DNA from: Gemmatimonadota bacterium
Lineage (GTDB): Bacteria > Gemmatimonadota > Gemmatimonadetes > Gemmatimonadales > GWC2-71-9
Assembly: GCA_041486305.1 (NCBI GenBank)
Contig: JBGPLG010000001.1
Location: forward strand, 5,544-69,543
Length of the DNA: 64,000 nt
Reading direction: 5' to 3'
The notes under the pieces are model-generated. The model ran no database searches. It was not told the origin of the DNA and saw nothing but the letters and a program-made list of their open reading frames with translations. Both the position numbers and the translations under genes were made by a program. Below, piece by piece: positions 44,762 through 53,922 of this stretch (position 1 is its first letter; each line of letters starts with the position of its first letter).

Positions 44762-47080
44762 ATGTCGGAACGGGCCGCTCTCCTCGTCGTCCGGTTCCGT
44801 TGGCTGATCGTGGTGATCTGGACCGTGATCGGCGTGGTGGGGCTGATCCGGGCGCCTGGCACCGCCGAGCTGTTGAGCGTGCGCGGCGGCGCCGATCGGG
44901 AGACCGAGGCGGCTCGCGCCGACCGGTTGCTCACCAGCCGATTTGCCCGGCCCTTCAGCGAGTTCTTTGCGGTGGCCATCGAAAGCCCGGCGCCGTTCAC
45001 CGATGGCCTTCCCGCGGCGATGCTCGATTCGATCACCGATGAGCTCAAGCGTGAGCCGTACGTCCGTTCGATCCTCTCCTACCGCACCTCCCACGATTCC
45101 CTGTTTCTGAGCGCCGATGGGCGGATGACGTTTCTCCTCGTCTCGGTCGACGCGCCGGCCGGCGACAGCGTCGGCAAGGTGGTGGTGACGTTTCGCCGGG
45201 CCCTGAACCATGCCATCGGGCGGGTGCCCTATCGCGACGCCTACCGGACCTGGGTGACCGGCCGCTCGCCCCTCGACCTCGACGTCCGGACGGTGAGCAC
45301 CGAGGACAGCCGTCGCCTCGAAGCGCGGGTGATCCCCCTCACCCTGATCATCCTGATCCTCGCCTTCGGCGCCCTGGTGGCGGCCCTGCTCCCGCTGCTG
45401 ATCGGCTTCCTGGCGGTGACAGTCTCGGTGGCGCTGATCGGGGTGGTCGCCGGGCATATGCCGATGTCGGTGTTCGTCCTCAATCTGACCACGATGGTCG
45501 GCCTCGGCGTGGGGATCGACTATTCGCTCCTGGTCGTCACGCGCTTCCGGGAGGAGCTCACCCGGGGGTATCGCCGCAAGGAGGCGGCGGCACGCACCTT
45601 CCGCACCGCCGGCATGGCGGTGCTCACTTCCGGCCTCACCGTCGTGGTGGGATTCGGGGCTCTGGTGCTGACACCCCTGGTGGAAACCAAGAGCCTCGGC
45701 ATCGGGGGGTTGATCGTGGTGGGGGTCGCGGTGCTGTTGTCGACGACGCTCCTCCCTGCCCTGCTGGCCACGATCGGTCGCGGCATCGACCGACCCCGCT
45801 GGCTGGCGCGCCGGCTGACCTGGTATCACTCGCCCCGCGGCTGGGAGAAATGGGCCCGGACCCTGTCGAGGCATCCGCGCCGGGCGCTGGTGCTGGGGGG
45901 CACAGCGGTGGCGATCCTCACCGCACCGCTGCTGTGGATCCGGATCGGGCTTCCGGCCCGCCACTGGTGGCCTTCGAAGACCGAGGCCGGCGCGGGTGTG
46001 GAGGTGCTGGAGCGGATCGGGGTCTCGGGGTACCTCTTCCCGATCCGGGTGCTGGTAGAATTCCCCGAGGGGCGGAGCGCCACCGACCTGACCGGCCTGC
46101 GCGCGCTTCGGCATCTCTCGGATTCGCTTCGGACCGACCCCCGGGTGCGGGACGTACGGAGCCTGGTCGACCTCACGCCGGGGCAGTCGCTGCTGGCCTA
46201 TTCTCTGATCTATTCCGATCCCGATTCGGCCCGGGCCCATTACAGCGACGCGGTCGACGCATACCTGAGCAAGGACGGCCGGATGGCCCTGGTCGACGTC
46301 ATCCCCCGGGATTCGACCTCGCTCACCACGTCGATGGACCTGGTCGCGGCTATCCGGGCGCTGGCCCGGGCCAACGATATCAAGCAGCTCAAGGGCTCGT
46401 CCATCCTGGTGGGCGGCTATGTCGCCGGCAGCGTCGACTTTCAGAAGGATCTGCTGGGCCGATTCCCCGGCATCATCGCCCTGGTGTTGGGAGTCACGGC
46501 GGTGATGCTGGCGATCGCCTTCCGCTCGGTGCTGGTGCCGGTGAAGGCCGTGATCATGAACTCGCTCTCGGTGAGCGCCACCTTCGGGCTGATCGTGCTG
46601 GTGTTCCAGTACGGAATCGGAGGACAGGCGTTCGGCATCATGGGACGGACCGAGGCGATCTTCGTGGTGATTCCGGTGCTGGTCTTCGCGGTGGTCTTCG
46701 GGCTCAGCATGGACTACGAGGTCTTTCTGCTTTCGCGCATCAAGGAGGCCTTCGACCGCACCGGCCGGAACACCGAGGCGACCATGGAAGGCGTCAGCGC
46801 CACGGCGTCGGTGATCACTTCCGCGGCGCTGATCATGATCGTGGTGTTCGGGGCGTTCGCCTTTGCGCGGGTGCTCATGGTGCAGTTTCTGGGCTTCGGC
46901 CTGGCCGTGGCGGTGCTGCTCGACGCGACGGTGATCCGGATGGTGCTGGTGCCGGCCTTCATGCACCTGGCCGGGCAATGGAACTGGTGGCCGGGAGGCC
47001 GCCGGGGAGGCCAGGGGCCGGGAGTCAGCGGAACGTCCGGATCCCATCCGGTCCCTACACCGCCAACCCCCGACGCCTGA
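44762..47080 (+). CDS. MMPL-family (RND superfamily) transporter
   Basis: Starts at MSERAALLVVRFRWLIV. Two 6-TM bundles with large loops, and a duplicated GxGxDYxLL.. motif (GVGIDYSLLVVTRFRE / GLSMDYEVFLLSRIKE). Confidence 0.87.
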   Translation: MSERAALLVVRFRWLIVVIWTVIGVVGLIRAPGTAELLSVRGGADRETEAARADRLLTSRFARPFSEFFAVAIESPAPFTDGLPAAMLDSITDELKREPYVRSILSYRTSHDSLFLSADGRMTFLLVSVDAPAGDSVGKVVVTFRRALNHAIGRVPYRDAYRTWVTGRSPLDLDVRTVSTEDSRRLEARVIPLTLIILILAFGALVAALLPLLIGFLAVTVSVALIGVVAGHMPMSVFVLNLTTMVGLGVGIDYSLLVVTRFREELTRGYRRKEAAARTFRTAGMAVLTSGLTVVVGFGALVLTPLVETKSLGIGGLIVVGVAVLLSTTLLPALLATIGRGIDRPRWLARRLTWYHSPRGWEKWARTLSRHPRRALVLGGTAVAILTAPLLWIRIGLPARHWWPSKTEAGAGVEVLERIGVSGYLFPIRVLVEFPEGRSATDLTGLRALRHLSDSLRTDPRVRDVRSLVDLTPGQSLLAYSLIYSDPDSARAHYSDAVDAYLSKDGRMALVDVIPRDSTSLTTSMDLVAAIRALARANDIKQLKGSSILVGGYVAGSVDFQKDLLGRFPGIIALVLGVTAVMLAIAFRSVLVPVKAVIMNSLSVSATFGLIVLVFQYGIGGQAFGIMGRTEAIFVVIPVLVFAVVFGLSMDYEVFLLSRIKEAFDRTGRNTEATMEGVSATASVITSAALIMIVVFGAFAFARVLMVQFLGFGLAVAVLLDATVIRMVLVPAFMHLAGQWNWWPGGRRGGQGPGVSGTSGSHPVPTPPTPDA

Positions 47081-47088
47081 CCCCTGCC

Positions 47089-49920
47089 CTAGCTCTTTGC
47101 GTCGAGCCAGTTGTCTCCTACTCCCACATCCACGACCAGCGGTACCTCCAGCGACGCCGCGCCTTCCATGTGCGCTTTGACCAGCGCCGCGACCGGCTCG
47201 ACTTCCTCCGCCGGCGCCTCGAGCACCAGCTCGTCGTGGACCTGGAGGAGCAGCCGGCCCGCGAATCCGCCATCCCGCAGCGCGCCGTGGAGGCGGGCCA
47301 TGGCAATCTTGATCAGGTCGGCGGCGGAGCCCTGAAGCGGGGCGTTCTGGGCCTGGCGCTCCCCGAACGCCCGCACGTTGAAGTTGCGGTCGTGCACCTC
47401 GGGGATATACCTGCGCCGGCCGAAGAGGGTCTCCACGTACCCGCGCTCGCGGGCAATCTCGACCTGCCGATCGAGGAACCGCCGGACTCCGGAAAACCGC
47501 CGGAAGTACTCGGCGATGAACGCCTTGGCCTCTTCCTGGGGAATCGAGAGCTGCTTCGACAGCGCGAAGGGGCCCTGGCCGTAGATCGTGCCGAAATTGA
47601 TGGTCTTGGCGCGGGCTCGCATGTCCGGGGTCACCGCCGGAAGCGGCACATCGAAGATGATCGCCGCCGTCTGGCGATGGATGTCCTGTCCCTGCCGGAA
47701 GGCCTCGATGAAGGCGGGGTCGAGGGAGAGGTGGGCCATCAGACGCAGCTCGATCTGCGAATAGTCCGCCACCACGAACTTCCACCCCGGTTGCGGCACG
47801 AAGCCGCGGCGGATGGCCTCACCGCGGGGGGAGCGCACCGGGATGTTCTGCAGGTTGGGGTCGGTCGAGGAGAGCCGCCCCGTCGCGGCGCCGATCTGAT
47901 TGAAGCTGGTGTGGATCCGGCCGGTGGATTTGTTGATGGCCCTGGGAAGCACGTCGACATAGGTGGAGCGGAGCTTTTCCAGCTCGCGATAGTCCAGCAG
48001 GAGCTTGGGCACCAGGTGCCCCATCTCGGCGAGCTGCTCGAGCACATCGGCGTCGGTCGAGGGGCCGGTCTTGGTGCGCTTGAGCGCAGGGAGCTGAAGC
48101 CTCTCGAACAGCACCGCGGCGAGCTGTTTCGGGCTGTTCAAATTGACCGAACCGCCTGCCGCGACCGCGATTTCGGCTTCGAGCCGCTGCAGGTCGGCGG
48201 CGAGCTCCTTGGCGAGGCGACCGAACAGCCCGGGATCGATCGCGATGCCGACCCACTCCATGTCAACCAAGACCTCGACCAGGGGCATCTCCAGTCCGTC
48301 CAGCAGCGGCTGCATCGCCGATTCGGCCAGCCGGGGCAGGAAGAGCCGGTGCAACGCGAGGACAATGGCGCTGTCGGTGCCGCAATACTCCGCCGCGTCG
48401 GCAATCGCCACCTCGGCAAAGGGAATCCGGGCCTTTCCCTTCCCCGTGAGGTCGTCATAGCTCCGCATCGGCCGGCTCAGCAGCTCGAGCGCGAGGGTGT
48501 CGATCCCATGCGAGCGGCGGCCCGGGTCCAGCAGAAAGCTGGCCAGCATCGAATCGTAGACCACCCCCTTGAGCTCGACGCCGGCCCGACGGAGCACCTG
48601 CCAGTCGTACTTGATGTTGTGCCCGGCCTTCTTCACCGCCGGATCCCGCAGCAGCGCGGCGATCGGAGCGAGTGCGGGATCGGTGAGGGGAGGGAGGTTG
48701 GTCACCGGGGCCGGCGCGGCCAACTCCCCGCCCCGCGGCAGATGCCCGAACGGCAAGTACCACGCGGTTTCCGGGTCCACCGCGAGGGAAAGGCCTACCA
48801 GCTCGGCATCGCGGGGATCGAGCGAGGTGGTCTCGGTGTCGATGGCAATGAGGGGAGCGGCGCGGAGCGCCAGCGCCAAGGCCTCAATCTGCTCGGGGCC
48901 GTCGACGACCCGCACGCACGACGCCGGTGCGGTGGGGAGCGTTGCCGGCACCGGCGGCACCGGGCCCGCCGGGGCGAGGGCCTCGATCGCCGGATCAGCC
49001 GGGGCCTCGGACCGACCACCGGCTTCGGTGAGCCGCTTGGCAAGGGAATGAAACTCCAGCCGGGCCAGGACCTTGACCAGCGCGTCGGTATCGGGCTCCC
49101 GCATGGCCGCCGTCCCGATGTCCAGATCGACGGGCACATCGCATTGGATGGTGACCAGCTCACGGGAAAGCCGGGCTTCCGCCGCATACTGCGCCAGCGC
49201 CTCCCGCGGGCGCTTGGCCTTGATCTCGCCCGCCCTAGCCAGGAGGGTTTCCAGGTTGCCGTACTCGGTCAGGAGCTGCACCGCCCCCTTGTCGCCGATC
49301 CCCCGGACTCCCGGCACATTGTCCGAGCTGTCGCCGACCAGGGCCAGGTAATCCGCCACTTGATGCGGCGGTACCCCCAGTCGCTCGGAAGCGTTGGTCT
49401 CATCGACCCACATCTCGTCGACGCCGCCGGGACCTCCCCGGCCCGGATTGAGCAGCGAGATCCCGGGCCCGATGAGCTGGTAGAAATCCTTGTCGCCCGA
49501 AACGATCACCACCTGGCGACCCGCCGCGGCCTCCCGCTTGGCCACGGTGCCGATCACGTCGTCGGCTTCATAGCCCTGCACCGCGAGCGCGGGAATGCGG
49601 AATGCCGTCAGCAGCGCGCCGATCTGTTCCAGCGCGGTGTCGAAGTCGGCCTGGAGCTCCGAATCGAGTTTCTCGCGGGTGGACTTGTATTCGGCGTAGC
49701 GCTGGGTGCGGAACGAGTCGCCCGCGTCCAGAACCCAGACCAGGTAGTCAGGACGGTACTTGGACTGGAGCCGCAGCAGGAAATTGACCACGCCCCAGGC
49801 CGCGGAGGTGTTCTCCCCGCGGCTGGTCCGGAGCGGCCGGGTGATCAGGGCGAAGAATGCGCGATAAATGAGCGCGTAACCATCAACCAGGAAGAGCTGG
49901 GGCGGTACGTGGTTGGACAT
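47089..49920 (-). CDS. polA: DNA polymerase I
   Basis: 5'-nuclease domain, 3'-5' exonuclease-like domain, and a family-A polymerase domain (DYSQIELR, QVHDE). Confidence 0.96.
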   Translation of the reverse strand: MSNHVPPQLFLVDGYALIYRAFFALITRPLRTSRGENTSAAWGVVNFLLRLQSKYRPDYLVWVLDAGDSFRTQRYAEYKSTREKLDSELQADFDTALEQIGALLTAFRIPALAVQGYEADDVIGTVAKREAAAGRQVVIVSGDKDFYQLIGPGISLLNPGRGGPGGVDEMWVDETNASERLGVPPHQVADYLALVGDSSDNVPGVRGIGDKGAVQLLTEYGNLETLLARAGEIKAKRPREALAQYAAEARLSRELVTIQCDVPVDLDIGTAAMREPDTDALVKVLARLEFHSLAKRLTEAGGRSEAPADPAIEALAPAGPVPPVPATLPTAPASCVRVVDGPEQIEALALALRAAPLIAIDTETTSLDPRDAELVGLSLAVDPETAWYLPFGHLPRGGELAAPAPVTNLPPLTDPALAPIAALLRDPAVKKAGHNIKYDWQVLRRAGVELKGVVYDSMLASFLLDPGRRSHGIDTLALELLSRPMRSYDDLTGKGKARIPFAEVAIADAAEYCGTDSAIVLALHRLFLPRLAESAMQPLLDGLEMPLVEVLVDMEWVGIAIDPGLFGRLAKELAADLQRLEAEIAVAAGGSVNLNSPKQLAAVLFERLQLPALKRTKTGPSTDADVLEQLAEMGHLVPKLLLDYRELEKLRSTYVDVLPRAINKSTGRIHTSFNQIGAATGRLSSTDPNLQNIPVRSPRGEAIRRGFVPQPGWKFVVADYSQIELRLMAHLSLDPAFIEAFRQGQDIHRQTAAIIFDVPLPAVTPDMRARAKTINFGTIYGQGPFALSKQLSIPQEEAKAFIAEYFRRFSGVRRFLDRQVEIARERGYVETLFGRRRYIPEVHDRNFNVRAFGERQAQNAPLQGSAADLIKIAMARLHGALRDGGFAGRLLLQVHDELVLEAPAEEVEPVAALVKAHMEGAASLEVPLVVDVGVGDNWLDAKS

Positions 49921-49932
49921 GCCTGTAAAGTA

Positions 49933-49973
49933 GCGAGTAGCAAGTAGCGAGTCCCTCGCTATTCGCTACTCGC
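49933..49973. terminator. hairpin with GTAGCGA/GTAGCAA tandem-heptamer arms
   Basis: 17 of 19 bp pair around a 3-nt loop. It lies between the GWxTD gene stop and the polA start. Confidence 0.65.
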
Positions 49974-49990
49974 CACCGGTGCCTCGCCAA

Positions 49991-51361
49991 TCAATGCGTC
50001 GCGCCTTGCCTCATCACCTGGGCCCGAGCCCGGGAGAATTCCGCCCGTGACGCCGGGGTCATGCGAAGCCGGGAGAATCCGAGCTGGCCGCTGAACGAGA
50101 TCACCGCGCGGTAGTTGTTGTAGAGCCACTGCACGATCCGGGTGTCGTTCCCAGGCGGCGTCTCCATGACCTGGTCCGGCTCGCCCAGGGTGATGTACAC
50201 TTCGCCCCGGTCGGTGCGCCAGCCGGCGCCACCCTCGTCCTTGAACCGCTCGTTGGCGATCGCGACCCGGGTGAAATACTGGTCCAGCGCTTCGTTCTCC
50301 GGCGTCTGCGGGATCGGATCTGTCGCCGTCCAGAATTCACGCCAGAGCCGGGGCCGGTCCGGCGGCTTGGCATTGCGCAGCGCGTTGAGCTTGTCGGCTC
50401 CCCAGGGGAAGTACCGCAACAGGGCCAGCAGGTTGTCATAGTTGGTGACCACCCAGCTCCGCGAGAAGGACACCAGTGCGGTGGCCTTCTTGGCCTGCGC
50501 CCCCTCGCCCACGGTGATCTTCAGCTCGCCGAGCGGCGGCGCATCCGACGGCACCCGGAGCACGAAGCCTTCCAGCGGGCGGCCGCCCTTGAACGGGATG
50601 GTTCCCTGATAGACCACGCTGTCCCGCTCGTCCCGGACATCCACCGGCACCAGGACGGGCCCCGGCAGCCGATAACCCTCGACATACATCGTGAGGGAGT
50701 CTCCGCCTCCGTTGGCGACCGTGCCGCGCGGGTTAAGGACCACCGCCAGCGTGTCGGTCAGCCGCTCGCGGGCCTGGGCGGCGTAGACCAGAATCGGCAT
50801 CGTGGTGCTTCCGGCCCGGAATCCCGGCACCTCGGTCAGCTGCTCGGCCCGAGAAGCGACGTTCGACGCCGGGTCTCGCACCGTCACGGTGAGGGTGTAG
50901 CTGCCCGGCGCGAGCAGGAACCCCTGCTCCACGATGATGCTCTCGTCGCTCCGCTGCGTCTCTGCAAAGGATTCGACCCGGACGATTTCGTCCCGCACCG
51001 CCTGCACCGGCGCCGCCCCCGGCCGCACAAAGCCGATCTCGACCCGGAAGCGGGTGGAAAAGGCCCGGCCGTCCCGCTGAAACGCGAAGGCATGGTTGTC
51101 GAAGGAGAGCCCGACCCGCGCGATGGTCGAGTCTCCCCGCCCGCCCGCATAGGCAATCGTTCCGACAAAGGGCATCGGCCCCCCCGCGGCCAGCCGGCCC
51201 ATGCGCTGATAGAGCGCCGAGAGATTGAAGAGCTCGTTGAGCGTCTGCTCGGTCGACGGCACGACGCCGCCCGAGGGCGTACGGCGGCCCCCTCCGCAGG
51301 CTACGGCGGCGAGCAAGAGCCCGGTGGGTACCGTGCGTCGGAACAGGGCGGAGATCGTCAT
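49991..51361 (-). CDS. GWxTD domain-containing lipoprotein
   Basis: Starts at MTISALFRR.. with lipobox LLAAVACG. The C-terminal region has GWRTDRGEVYITLGEPD. Confidence 0.8.
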   Translation of the reverse strand: MTISALFRRTVPTGLLLAAVACGGGRRTPSGGVVPSTEQTLNELFNLSALYQRMGRLAAGGPMPFVGTIAYAGGRGDSTIARVGLSFDNHAFAFQRDGRAFSTRFRVEIGFVRPGAAPVQAVRDEIVRVESFAETQRSDESIIVEQGFLLAPGSYTLTVTVRDPASNVASRAEQLTEVPGFRAGSTTMPILVYAAQARERLTDTLAVVLNPRGTVANGGGDSLTMYVEGYRLPGPVLVPVDVRDERDSVVYQGTIPFKGGRPLEGFVLRVPSDAPPLGELKITVGEGAQAKKATALVSFSRSWVVTNYDNLLALLRYFPWGADKLNALRNAKPPDRPRLWREFWTATDPIPQTPENEALDQYFTRVAIANERFKDEGGAGWRTDRGEVYITLGEPDQVMETPPGNDTRIVQWLYNNYRAVISFSGQLGFSRLRMTPASRAEFSRARAQVMRQGATH

Positions 51362-51494
51362 GCGGGGCCGCGGAAGAGGGTGGCCAGGCCATCGGAGGGT
51401 CGGGGGACGCTTGGGGGGACGCCCGCCAGGGCCCCGGGATGCACTCGCGCGGCTTGTGAGGGGTCCCCGCCGGCAGTAGTTTGGACTGCCTCCC

Positions 51495-52400
51495 ATGAGC
51501 CAAGATAATCTCGTCGGCCGGACTGTGGCCGGATACAAACTCCTCTCGCATGTCGGCGAAGGTGGCACCGCCACCGTCTATCGCGCGGAGCATTCCGAGC
51601 GGGGGCCGGCGGCCATAAAGATCCTGCGCCCCCGCATGGCGCAGGATCCCGTGGCCGTCAAGCGCTTTCTCCGCGAGGCGGAGTTCGGGGCCCGCATCAA
51701 TCACAAGTACATCATCCGCACCTACGATTTCGGCGAGGCCGAGGGCCTGTATTACCTGGCCCTCGAATGGGCCCAGGGCGAGCCGCTTGGCACGTTCCTG
51801 AGCGCGGCCGGGCGACTGGCTCCGCCGCTCGCCGCCAGGATCATCGAGCAGCTCGGCGCCGCGCTGGAAGTGGCGCACAAGGCCGGCATCATCCACCGCG
51901 ACCTGAAGCCCGCCAACATCATGTACGATCCGGAGACGCAGACCGCGCGGCTCCTGGATTTCGGCATCGCGCGAGACGCGGAGGACAATCCGGCCGACCG
52001 GTTGACCCGCGCGGGGTTCTTCGTGGGCACCTTGCAGTACGTGGCCCCCGAAGCCCTCTCGGGAGAGCTGGTGGGCGAGCAGGCCGATGTCTATAGCCTG
52101 GCGACCATCGCCTACCACCTGCTTACCGGCATACTACCCTTCCCCGGGCGCAGCCCGCGCGAACTCTTCCAGCAGCTGCTGACCCAGTCTCCGATTCCGC
52201 TCAACGAAGCCGTGAAGGGGCTCAAGTTCACGAAAGAGATCGAAGCCGCGGTAATGACCGGCCTCGAGCGGGATCTGACGAAGCGCTGGAAGACCGTAGG
52301 AGGGTTCGCCCGAGCGTTCTGCGCCGCGGCAGGCGCGGAGGCAGCGCCGGAAAAGAAGGGCGGCTTCCTCTCTTCGTTCTTCCGCCGAGGCAGCGAGTGA
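51495..52400 (+). CDS. Ser/Thr protein kinase (kinase domain plus short tail, 301 aa)
   Basis: GEGGTATVY, AIK, HRDLKPANI and DFG motifs. Its stop overlaps the pyrE GTG (GTGA). Confidence 0.9.
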   Translation: MSQDNLVGRTVAGYKLLSHVGEGGTATVYRAEHSERGPAAIKILRPRMAQDPVAVKRFLREAEFGARINHKYIIRTYDFGEAEGLYYLALEWAQGEPLGTFLSAAGRLAPPLAARIIEQLGAALEVAHKAGIIHRDLKPANIMYDPETQTARLLDFGIARDAEDNPADRLTRAGFFVGTLQYVAPEALSGELVGEQADVYSLATIAYHLLTGILPFPGRSPRELFQQLLTQSPIPLNEAVKGLKFTKEIEAAVMTGLERDLTKRWKTVGGFARAFCAAAGAEAAPEKKGGFLSSFFRRGSE

Positions 52401-52945
52401 CCGATCAGGAGGCGCTCGCGGCACTGCTCCGCGAGCGCTCCGTCAGCCTGGGCGATTTCCTGCTTTCCTCCGGCCAGCGCTCCACCTACTACATCGACGC
52501 CCGCAAGACCACCATGTCCGCCGAGGGCCAGCGCTTGATCGGGAGACTCGGCCTGGCGGCCATCCGGGCCGCAGGTTGGCGGCCCGCATCGGTGGGCGGA
52601 CTGACCATGGGGGCCGACCCGGTGGCCTACGCGATCGCCCGGGAGAGCTTGGACGCGCCCCCCCTCATCCAGGCGTTCAGTGTACGGAAGACGGTCAAAG
52701 ATCACGGTACCCGCCGACGCATCGAGGGGAATTTCTCGTCGGGTGACACCGTGGTGATCGTAGAAGACGTGATCACGCTGGGTGGCTCTGCAGCCGAGGC
52801 AATCGACTCGGTGACCGAGGCCGGAGGCCGGGTGCTGGGTGTTCTGGCCGTTGTCGACCGCGAACAAGGCGGCCGGGAAAAACTCCAAGCGAGAGGAATT
52901 AAAGTAGTTGTATTAACAACAACTAGCGAACTCAGCCTGGGCTAG
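52397..52945 (+). CDS. pyrE: orotate phosphoribosyltransferase
   Basis: PRPP-binding loop VVIVEDVITLGGS and an N-terminal FLLSSGQRSTYYID motif. Confidence 0.9.
   Translation: MTDQEALAALLRERSVSLGDFLLSSGQRSTYYIDARKTTMSAEGQRLIGRLGLAAIRAAGWRPASVGGLTMGADPVAYAIARESLDAPPLIQAFSVRKTVKDHGTRRRIEGNFSSGDTVVIVEDVITLGGSAAEAIDSVTEAGGRVLGVLAVVDREQGGREKLQARGIKVVVLTTTSELSLG
52904..52921. repeat. second copy of the AT-rich motif (GTAGTTGTATTAACAACA), inside the pyrE 3' end
   Basis: 16/18 identical to 37846-37863. It is encoded with A/T-ending codons that are atypical for this sequence. Confidence 0.65.
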
Positions 52946-52965
52946 GCCTTCGGTGACGACCCCGC

Positions 52966-53832
52966 TCAATCCTCCCTCCGCGATCCCCGTAAGGGGTGAA
53001 ACTCCGACCAGACTCTCTTGTACGGCAGCACCAATTGTGCAAGAAAACGCTCCAAGGCCGTCGGGAAGGGAAATCGACGGCGAAACTCACCGGGTGTGAT
53101 GCCGAGCATCGCCCGAATGGTGCGCCCGAAGCTCTGGGGGGAGGAACAGTCGAGCCGGTAGGCGACGTCTGCCACGGATCGACCGCCACCCTCGAAGAAC
53201 TGTGCCGCATAGAGCAGCCGCACTGCGGCCAGGTAAGTCTTGGGGGAGGGAAGCCCGGCGCGGGCAAACCGGGACATGAGCGTGCTCGGCTTGATGTCGA
53301 ATCGCGCGGCAACTGTCCGCACCGCCGGCATCTCCGGGGCAAGCCGGATCAGCAGCTCGAGGAACATTCTCGAATCCTGGGACAGCTCGGGGAGCGAAGC
53401 GAAGACCGGGGCCAGGATTCGGGAGGCCCCGTGCGTGGCGGGCTCGGCCACCAGCTGGCGGAGGCGATTCCACCCAGCCGGGATGGTGACATCCACCACC
53501 TGGCGCACCCCGGTGGCGCCGAGGCGGAGCAGCGTTTCCGAAGCGAGGGCATCGTGTCGGGTAACCAGCGCCACGGTGGGCACACCGGGAAAGCTCCGAA
53601 CCAGTTGATCGACTTCATCAACCTGGCCCTGGGCACACTGGTGCACGGAGAGGAGCACGGCATCGATCGCCCGTTCCCGTACGGCCCGCACCACCTCCGG
53701 CACGGAGTTTCGGTGGAGAACGGCAAAGCAGCCGATACTCGCCGCGTCGAGACTGGCCCGCTCGGCGGGGGTTAGCACCGCCGCAACCGTGGGGGCGGAG
53801 GGTCGAGTGAGGGCTGCGACGGCGACTGGCAT
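52966..53832 (-). CDS. AraC-family transcriptional regulator with an N-terminal receiver-like (pseudo-receiver) domain
   Basis: C-terminal AraC HTH (VADVAYRLDCSSPQSFGRTIRAMLGITPGEFRR). The N-terminus has a CheY-like alternating pattern without an obvious phospho-acceptor context. Confidence 0.78.
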   Translation of the reverse strand: MPVAVAALTRPSAPTVAAVLTPAERASLDAASIGCFAVLHRNSVPEVVRAVRERAIDAVLLSVHQCAQGQVDEVDQLVRSFPGVPTVALVTRHDALASETLLRLGATGVRQVVDVTIPAGWNRLRQLVAEPATHGASRILAPVFASLPELSQDSRMFLELLIRLAPEMPAVRTVAARFDIKPSTLMSRFARAGLPSPKTYLAAVRLLYAAQFFEGGGRSVADVAYRLDCSSPQSFGRTIRAMLGITPGEFRRRFPFPTALERFLAQLVLPYKRVWSEFHPLRGSRRED

Positions 53833-53922
53833 CGGGGGGTCCGGAGCGTAAGTTGAGGTGACGATGGCCCGGTTCCCTCAACCGCCAGTCAACTGGGCCG
53901 GCGGTCGGCTTTTCGCAGAACG

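Noticed and set aside
44681-49947. Very long ORFs antisense to or out of frame with MMPL/polA (44681..47785 minus strand, 1034 aa; 45850..49947 plus strand, 1365 aa).
   Set aside because: Their composition is R/G/P/A/H-rich and low-complexity, with no recognisable motifs. They fully overlap strongly supported genes (the MMPL transporter and DNA polymerase I). Long shadow ORFs of this kind are expected in high-GC DNA because stop codons are rare.
52895-52925. AT-rich segment in the pyrE 3' end, considered as a dif (XerC/D) site.
   Set aside because: It matches the conserved XerD arm poorly (about 7/11) and the XerC arm not at all. A dif site is also expected near the terminus, not about 10 kb from dnaA.
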